This document shows, piece after piece, positions 54,423 to 64,000 of a stretch of DNA of 64,000 bases (positions are counted from its first letter, which is position 1; every line of letters begins with the position of its first letter). The translations under genes were made by a program, and so were the position numbers. The stretch spans positions 24,304,001 through 24,368,000 of the forward strand of contig CM022671.1 of the NCBI GenBank assembly GCA_012295275.1, written 5' to 3'. The notes beneath the pieces were generated by a model, which saw only the letters and a program-made list of their open reading frames with translations, was not told where the DNA came from and did no database searches. Origin of the DNA: Chrysomallon squamiferum (lineage: Eukaryota > Animalia > Mollusca).

Positions 54423-54740
54423 ATGTCCAATAAAATAAAAATAGAAAAATGGGACACGAGTAAAGATGGAGAATTAACAGAACAAAATGTGGAGAAGAAA
54501 CTTCGTTCACAAGGTTACAGTTTTGAAAAGCACGAGTTTGATTCTGGCACCGATTTTCCTGATCACACACACGATGTTTTGAAGAAAAATTTCATAGTAT
54601 CAGGACAGGTTCAGTTTTCGATGTTTGGTGAAACGGTCCTTCTGGTGCCAGGTGATATGGTGGAAGTTCCCGCCAACACGGTTCACAACGCTAAAGCCGT
54701 GGGTTCGACTCCTCTTGTGATCTACGATGCTAGAAAGTGA
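54423..54740 (+). CDS. Small cupin (Cupin_2/RmlC-like) protein, copy 1, 105 aa, intronless CDS
   Basis: Cupin motifs FPDHTH and PGDMVEVPANTVHNA. The true ATG is 54423, by alignment with copy 2. Candidate 5'UTR intron 53784-54406 (CAG/GTATGT ... TTCTAG). Confidence 0.9.
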   Translation: MSNKIKIEKWDTSKDGELTEQNVEKKLRSQGYSFEKHEFDSGTDFPDHTHDVLKKNFIVSGQVQFSMFGETVLLVPGDMVEVPANTVHNAKAVGSTPLVIYDARK

Positions 54741-54741
54741 A

Positions 54742-54979
54742 AATGACTTACATGATATTACAGCGTGCCATAGCAAAACCTGTATTTATTACAGTGCCTG
54801 ACACAAATACCTATAGCAATATATTGTATAATGACGTTTTAGTTAGTTGTTTTGTATTCAAACTAAATGACTTACATGATATTACAGCGTGCCATAGCAA
54901 CACCTGCATTTATTATAGTGCCTGACACAAATACCTATAGCAATATATAATGATGTTTTAGTTAGTTGTTTTGTATTCA
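54742..54979 (+). repeat. Two-copy ~120-bp tandem repeat in the cupin 1 3'UTR
   Basis: AAATGACTTACATGATATTACAGCGTGCCATAGCAA...GTTTTAGTTAGTTGTTTTGTATTCA occurs at ~54742 and ~54865. It is single-copy after cupin 2. Confidence 0.9.
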
Positions 54980-55564
54980 GACTGTCTGATAAATGTTCTT
55001 GGATTGTTTTTCCTTTCCTTCTTTTTTTTTTATCCTTTTAGTATTGTTTTTCTTGTAAATCTCATTATTACTGAAATTAATGTCAATAATTATTTCTTTA
55101 TTTCTTTATTTCTTTATTTATTTATATTAATATACAATATACTTGTTCGTTTTACGAATCGAAAACGAAGATTTTCCGAATTAGCATTATAAACATTGAG
55201 TAATATCGAAAGAAATGTAATCTGACATTTTATGACATACAAAACGTAATAAACTGCTGCTTGTTCACTAAGTATTGAATATTTTATACTATTGTCCTCT
55301 TAGCTGCTCTATGCCAGGTCTTTACTTTTAAATGTGAAGTTTCCTTATAAGCAGAGAGAAAATGAAAGAATATAAGACTAATTAAATGTCGGTTTTCATT
55401 TTGGTTTGTTATTTCTTCTTCTTTTTTTTCTTTATTTGTGTTTATGTAATTCTGTACATTAAATGCGTTGATATTAAAATAATAATAATTTTTGGGACTT
55501 TAATAGCTTTCTTCCCACTGGATTTTCAATTACGAAAATAATTCTAAGGGTTCTTGTACTTGGC

Positions 55565-55608
55565 CTATAATCTAATCCAGTTAGAAAAAGAAAAATAAAC
55601 AGTATCAT
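55565..55608 (-). pseudogene. Orphan copy of the signal-peptide exon of EF-hand gene A
   Basis: MILFIFLFLTGLDY, near-identical to 49376-49419. The donor has degenerated to GCCAAG, and no A-type downstream exons follow. Confidence 0.75.
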
Positions 55609-55712
55609 TGTCAGTTAATCCTGAAACTATGAAATGTAAGTTATCAGGATATCGTGAACAATAACGAGATGATTAGATTATTGTTAATTTCTTGCTCCTA
55701 TAGCAGTAAAGT

Positions 55713-55751
<39 letters not shown>

Positions 55752-56121
55752 TAACATTATCATCTTTATAATAATATTGAAAGAGAAAAGATGAAAAATA
55801 TAAAAAATAAAAACAGCTAAAACATAAACATTTCTATTAATATATACATAAGCATGTTAATATTGCTGTTGACACTACTACTGAAACCTCTACTACCCCT
55901 ACTCCTGCTTCTATTACTACTGCTACTTCTACTACTACTACTACTACTATTACTAATAATACTAATACTAATACTATAACTATACTTCTACCACTACTTT
56001 TACCATCATTATTACTATTACCACTACAACCACTACTACAATAACAACTACTACTACTGTTATTACTTGTAGAACTATTATTATTGTTACTATATATGCT
56101 ACCACTACTACTACTACTGCC

Positions 56122-56180
<59 letters not shown>

Positions 56181-56309
56181 TTATGATGATAAAGAAGAAG
56201 AAGAAGAAGAAGACGAAGAAACAATAAAATATTATAAATTGCTATATTATTCAGACCCTATACTGATCCTTTGTTTATCTCATGGCTTATGAGAAGTAAC
56301 ACAAATTAC

Positions 56310-57484
<1,175 letters not shown>

Positions 57485-58156
57485 CAAATTACTGGAAAGA
57501 CCTGTTAATCACAGATGCTGATTTCACATCGTGGTAATGTGGTTAATTTGATAAGCTTAGATAAGGCATCTTTTCCTTTCGTCCCGCTAATATTTATTAA
57601 TGATAGTTTGTTTTTACATGTTAAAATTATACATATCTCTTCTTCCTTTGCAACTTTGCTTTTTTATAATGTGAATAAGCAACTGGGTTAATTACCACAA
57701 CCTATTGAAAATGATTTTGTTTTCCTTTTGTTTGCATGACCTACATGGGAGGTATGACGAACGTAAACCGTGTATATTGCTTCAGAGTTACATCGGTAAC
57801 CATTGGTAAAAATATTAATACTGTGTATAAACATTTGTGGACTGCTGAATACAAAAACCTACGGTTCAGTATGAGTATTGGTTCTCTAAACAGATTAAAC
57901 AGGGATCATCATAATAAATACATGATGTTATTACATAACGGCGGCTATGAAATAAGGAAAAGAAAAAATAAAGAGGAAAAAAATAATGTAGCTTATTACT
58001 GAATTTCAAAGGTCAGTTGTACTTATTCGTCGGTACAAAAAGATACGACAGATTTCTTTTACGAACAGTAAAATATATTCTATTAATCGCTGTACATAAA
58101 GAATTATTCTTATCTGTAACAGACAAGAAATGAATAAATAAGTAAATAAATTCATA

Positions 58157-58189
<33 letters not shown>

Positions 58190-58325
58190 TTTCTTTATCG
58201 TTACCTTTAATTAGTTTAATACGTAAATAATACTTTTGCACCATTAATGACGAGCAAATAAAAACAACAAACAAACAAAAAACAAATTTACTTCCTGAAT
58301 ACCAAACAATGACAGAGAAATGAAT

Positions 58326-59977
<1,652 letters not shown>

Positions 59978-61565
59978 CTTCTCTTTCGGTCCTTTCCCTG
60001 TCGAGTATATTAGCATTAAATTAACTTAAGTTTAACAGAAAATTAAGGATTATGCACAAACAATTACTTGTCTATGTTAACAATGATGATAACAAAAATT
60101 ATTTGACTTTGTACACTGTACTAACAATGATAATAATATTATTATAAAAAATGTTTTTTTTAGAAATACAGACAACAACAAAATCAGTTAAACTTTGGCA
60201 ATAGCAGGAACGAATCTGTGACAAACGATAATAAAAATCTAAAAACATGATTTATTTATAGAACAAATGTTGATTTCACATCGTGCTTGTTTGATAACAT
60301 CTGATAAGATGTACTTACATAACTTATAAATATAGAGAGAGATAGATATAAATCCGTACATATACACTCACAGTTATTATGCACAAACCTGTCAGACCTG
60401 TCTATGGGAAGGTCCATATAAAAGATCCTTTTCTGCTAATCGAAATAAAACAGCTCGTGGCGGCAGCTTGTTTTATCTCTATCGTTATCAGTATGGTCAT
60501 TATTCAAATATATTATAACACCATACAGCTAAATTTTAAGAGTGCGTCGTTAAATAAATCTATCTTCCTTCCTTTCTTACTGTTCATGGAAGTGCTAAAT
60601 GCTAAATTATTTTCAATTATAATTTTCCGTAATATAGGAATATAGAAAAAGATTAGAACACATACAATCTGGGGCAAAACTCATTTCTACAGCAGAAACA
60701 AATATAGAGTATTTTTGGTTTGTTATTAATTTGTATACGTTTAAGTTTGAAATATTTTCAGCTTAAATTAGTATTACTGCTTAAGATATTACTCATGTTA
60801 AGATGCTTAAAATAAAATAAATAATTTATTCGTGCATCAAACTGCTTTTTATGTAAATATGAAAAGATAACTCAAAATGTTGGTATCTCGCAAATTACTT
60901 CCCTTGCATGAACTGTTCGTTTCGCATTGCTTTCGTATATCTCGGGTATGTAAAAAGCTTTACGATTAAGACAACTAGTCAGCTTGGATTAGAATACATT
61001 AAATCTATCTTTTAACAGTTAATAAGTAAAACTGAATCATTAACTACGATTACACGAAATTTAAAGAAAAAGTAGTCTTATAGGTCGTTTCGTCTTAATA
61101 CTCAGTCTTTACAGTAATTTGAAAGAACTTTAAAATGTTACTACTTAAAGATGTTATCATCTGTTTAATATATGTTTCGTTATACACCCATTTCTGTCAG
61201 CTGGTTTTATTTCGATACTTAGAGCCTCAGTGGGAGGCCTGATTGCGCGTTGGATTAATACTGCCCAAAATACCTATTAGGCTGCTCATCCAGTATTCTT
61301 TGAATAGTTAGCATTGCTAGTGACATAGTGATATTAGTATATACCTAATATTCGTTGTATAATGGAAACAAATATAAAATGCAGTAATCTTAAGGTAATT
61401 AACAATTAATTATGTGATGATGATAACAACAACAACATCAAAAGAAACAACAGCAACAACCACAACAAAACATTGTTTTTGTTGTTATTAGTATTCCCAC
61501 ACAAACACATACTCAAAAATAAATTATAATCAATTATTTTAAATTTTAGGTTTGGTGTAATCGTC

Positions 61566-61883
61566 ATGTCCAATAAAATAAAAATTGAAAAATGGGACAC
61601 GAGTAAAGATGGACAATTAACAGAACAAAATATGGAGAAAAAACTTCGTTCACAAGGTTACAGTTTTCAAAAGTACGAGTTTGATTCTGGCACGAATTTT
61701 CCTGATCATACGCACGGTATCTCGAAGAAAGATTCCATAGTAACAGGAAAGTTTCAGTTTTCGATGTTTGGTCAGACGGTTATTCTGGTGCCAGGTGATA
61801 TGGTGGAAGTTCCCGCCAATACGGTTCACAACGCTAAAGTCGTGGGTTCGACTCCGGTTGTATTCTACGATGCTACAAAGTGA
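61566..61883 (+). CDS. Small cupin protein, copy 2, 105 aa
   Basis: Intact ORF with FPDHTHGISKKDSIVTG and PGDMVEVPANTVHNA. Candidate 5'UTR intron 60946-61549. Confidence 0.92.
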   Translation: MSNKIKIEKWDTSKDGQLTEQNMEKKLRSQGYSFQKYEFDSGTNFPDHTHGISKKDSIVTGKFQFSMFGQTVILVPGDMVEVPANTVHNAKVVGSTPVVFYDATK

Positions 61884-62941
61884 AAATGACTTAAATGATA
61901 TTACAGTGTGCCACAGCAAAACCTGCATTTATTACAGTGTCTAATATAACTATACCTATAGCAAGACGTTTTAGTTAATTGTTTTGTATTCAGACTGTCT
62001 GATAAATATTCTTGGATATTTTTTTTTATTTTTTTTTTTTTTTTTTTTTTCTTCTTTTTTTTTTTTTTTTTTCATTTTAGTGTTGTACTGCTTGTAATTA
62101 TTATTATTATTGTCATTAATGTCATATTTATTTATTTATTTTATTTTATTTTATTTTATTTTATTTATTTATTTATATTAATATACAATATACTTGTTCG
62201 TTTTACGAATCGAAAACGAAGATTTTCCGAATTAGCGTTATAAACATTGAGTAACATCGAAGGAAATGTAATCTGACATTTTATGACATACAAAACATAA
62301 TAAACTGCTGCTTGTTCACTAAGTACTGAATATTTTATACTATTGTCCTCTTAGCTGCTCTATGCCAGGTCTTTACTTTTAAATGTGAAGTTTCTTTATA
62401 AGCAGAGAGAAAATGAAAGAATATAAGACTAATTAAATGTCGGATTTTCTTTTTGCTCTTTGTTATTATTCTAAAAATATTTTTAGTTATTATTACTTCA
62501 CTGGGTTTTTTTCTTCTTGTTCTTTTCTTTTGTGTTTATGTTGTTGTTGTTTTTTTTTTTTTTTTTTATTAAATGAGTTGAGATTAAAAAATAACAATAA
62601 TAATTAAGAAAAAAGAATTTAAAAAGAAGAAGTAGATTTAAGAAAATGAGTCTTGGATGGTACTGGAAAATTCAATATTTTTTATCTGCTCTCGAAGGAG
62701 CTTTTAGACTAATTATCTCTGTTATTTACTTAATCATTGTTTGCACGGAGTGAGGATTACCTGTAAATAACAGAAGATTGATTTATTTATTTTCAGCTCT
62801 GATTGTCAGAGAAGTGCATAAACGCACTCACAGGATTGACAAGCTAGATTCTGCGAAAACAATTTTTGAGAACAGCATTGTGATAATTTACTGTCTTAAA
62901 AGCATTCTTCTTAAATATATATCTATCTATCTATCTATCTA

Positions 62942-62985
<44 letters not shown>

Positions 62986-63314
62986 AATATATACATATGT
63001 ACATAATACATACATACATGCATACATAAATGCATACACAGATACACATATATATCTATGTATGTATGAATGTACGTTTGTAAGTTATATATGTATATGT
63101 ATGAGTGTCTACGTAAGTATGTATTATGTAGTCACACAAACACACAAACACTCATACATACACGTAAAGAATGTTTACACTTGCAAACATGCTCGCATAC
63201 AAAATAATAATAATAAGAAGAATATGAAAAAAAATTAACAAAATTTTCCCTAATATTTTTCTGTGATAAAGGATGTGCGGAAAAGCTTCATGAAGCACAA
63301 GGGTTTTTAAAAAA

Positions 63315-63350
<36 letters not shown>

Positions 63351-64000
63351 GGTTTGGTTATAATAAAATTCGTGAACATCAAAGAATACATTCTGAGCAC
63401 TCACACACTAAAGGTTTGTTTAAATTGTTTATATTTATATAATTATTTTAAAGCTAAGGACGATAATATGTATTTTAATCTTTTATGCTCTTGCTATATA
63501 TATATTTACAGTTTTTATTTCTTATAGTTGTATGATGATGTATTAAGAAAACTACATATAAATTTAATTATATCTAATGACTGTTTTTAGAGTAAATGAC
63601 TATATCTTATGCCAGTATAGTCATGTGACACTTAGTAAAATAATAATAAGAAGAAGAAGAAGAAAAAAATCCTATTTATTTTACACGAGACATTTTGTTT
63701 TCAATCTTATATGAAAGTTCTTAATATAATGAAAGCTTCTAATTACCATGAGGAAATCGTGCATTTGCTTTATCGATTTCCTATATTGTTACCCATTGAT
63801 TAATCATTCGCGAAACGCGATAATCCTACAGACGTAACCAGAAACGAAAGCAAATTTATTATCAGCGAATAAAAACTTCAGTACGTGCGTGGAACGCGAA
63901 AGCTTTCAGTTGTTATTCCATACTAGTCACATTTTCGACTGCGTATGAATCTCGGACGAAGGTAACGTTTTAATATTTATTTTTTTAACTGCACAAATTT

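Overview
This is AT-rich, microsatellite-dense, intron-containing animal genomic DNA, probably lophotrochozoan or molluscan (inferred from gene content, not proven). I spliced the genes by hand from GT/GC-AG signals and frame continuity. The left 46 kb is a compact block: a TMDD1-like death-domain membrane protein (+), SMIM14 (+), ZCCHC8 (-) with two U12 minor-class introns, an uncharacterised ~454-aa gene (+) head-to-head with ZCCHC8, SFSWAP (-) head-to-head with TMEM199/VMA12 (+), and a PRODH2-like proline/hydroxyproline dehydrogenase (+). The right 18 kb is an accessory tandem array. It holds three copies of a secreted four-EF-hand protein gene (-) and two copies of a small cupin gene (+) whose coding region is intronless and looks bacterial. 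A ~6-7 kb duplication copied the head-to-head EF-hand/cupin pair. One EF-hand copy then appears to have decayed, the two cupins diverged near the metal site, and a MULE-like transposon inserted. Most short ORFs in the supplied track are microsatellite or antisense artefacts.
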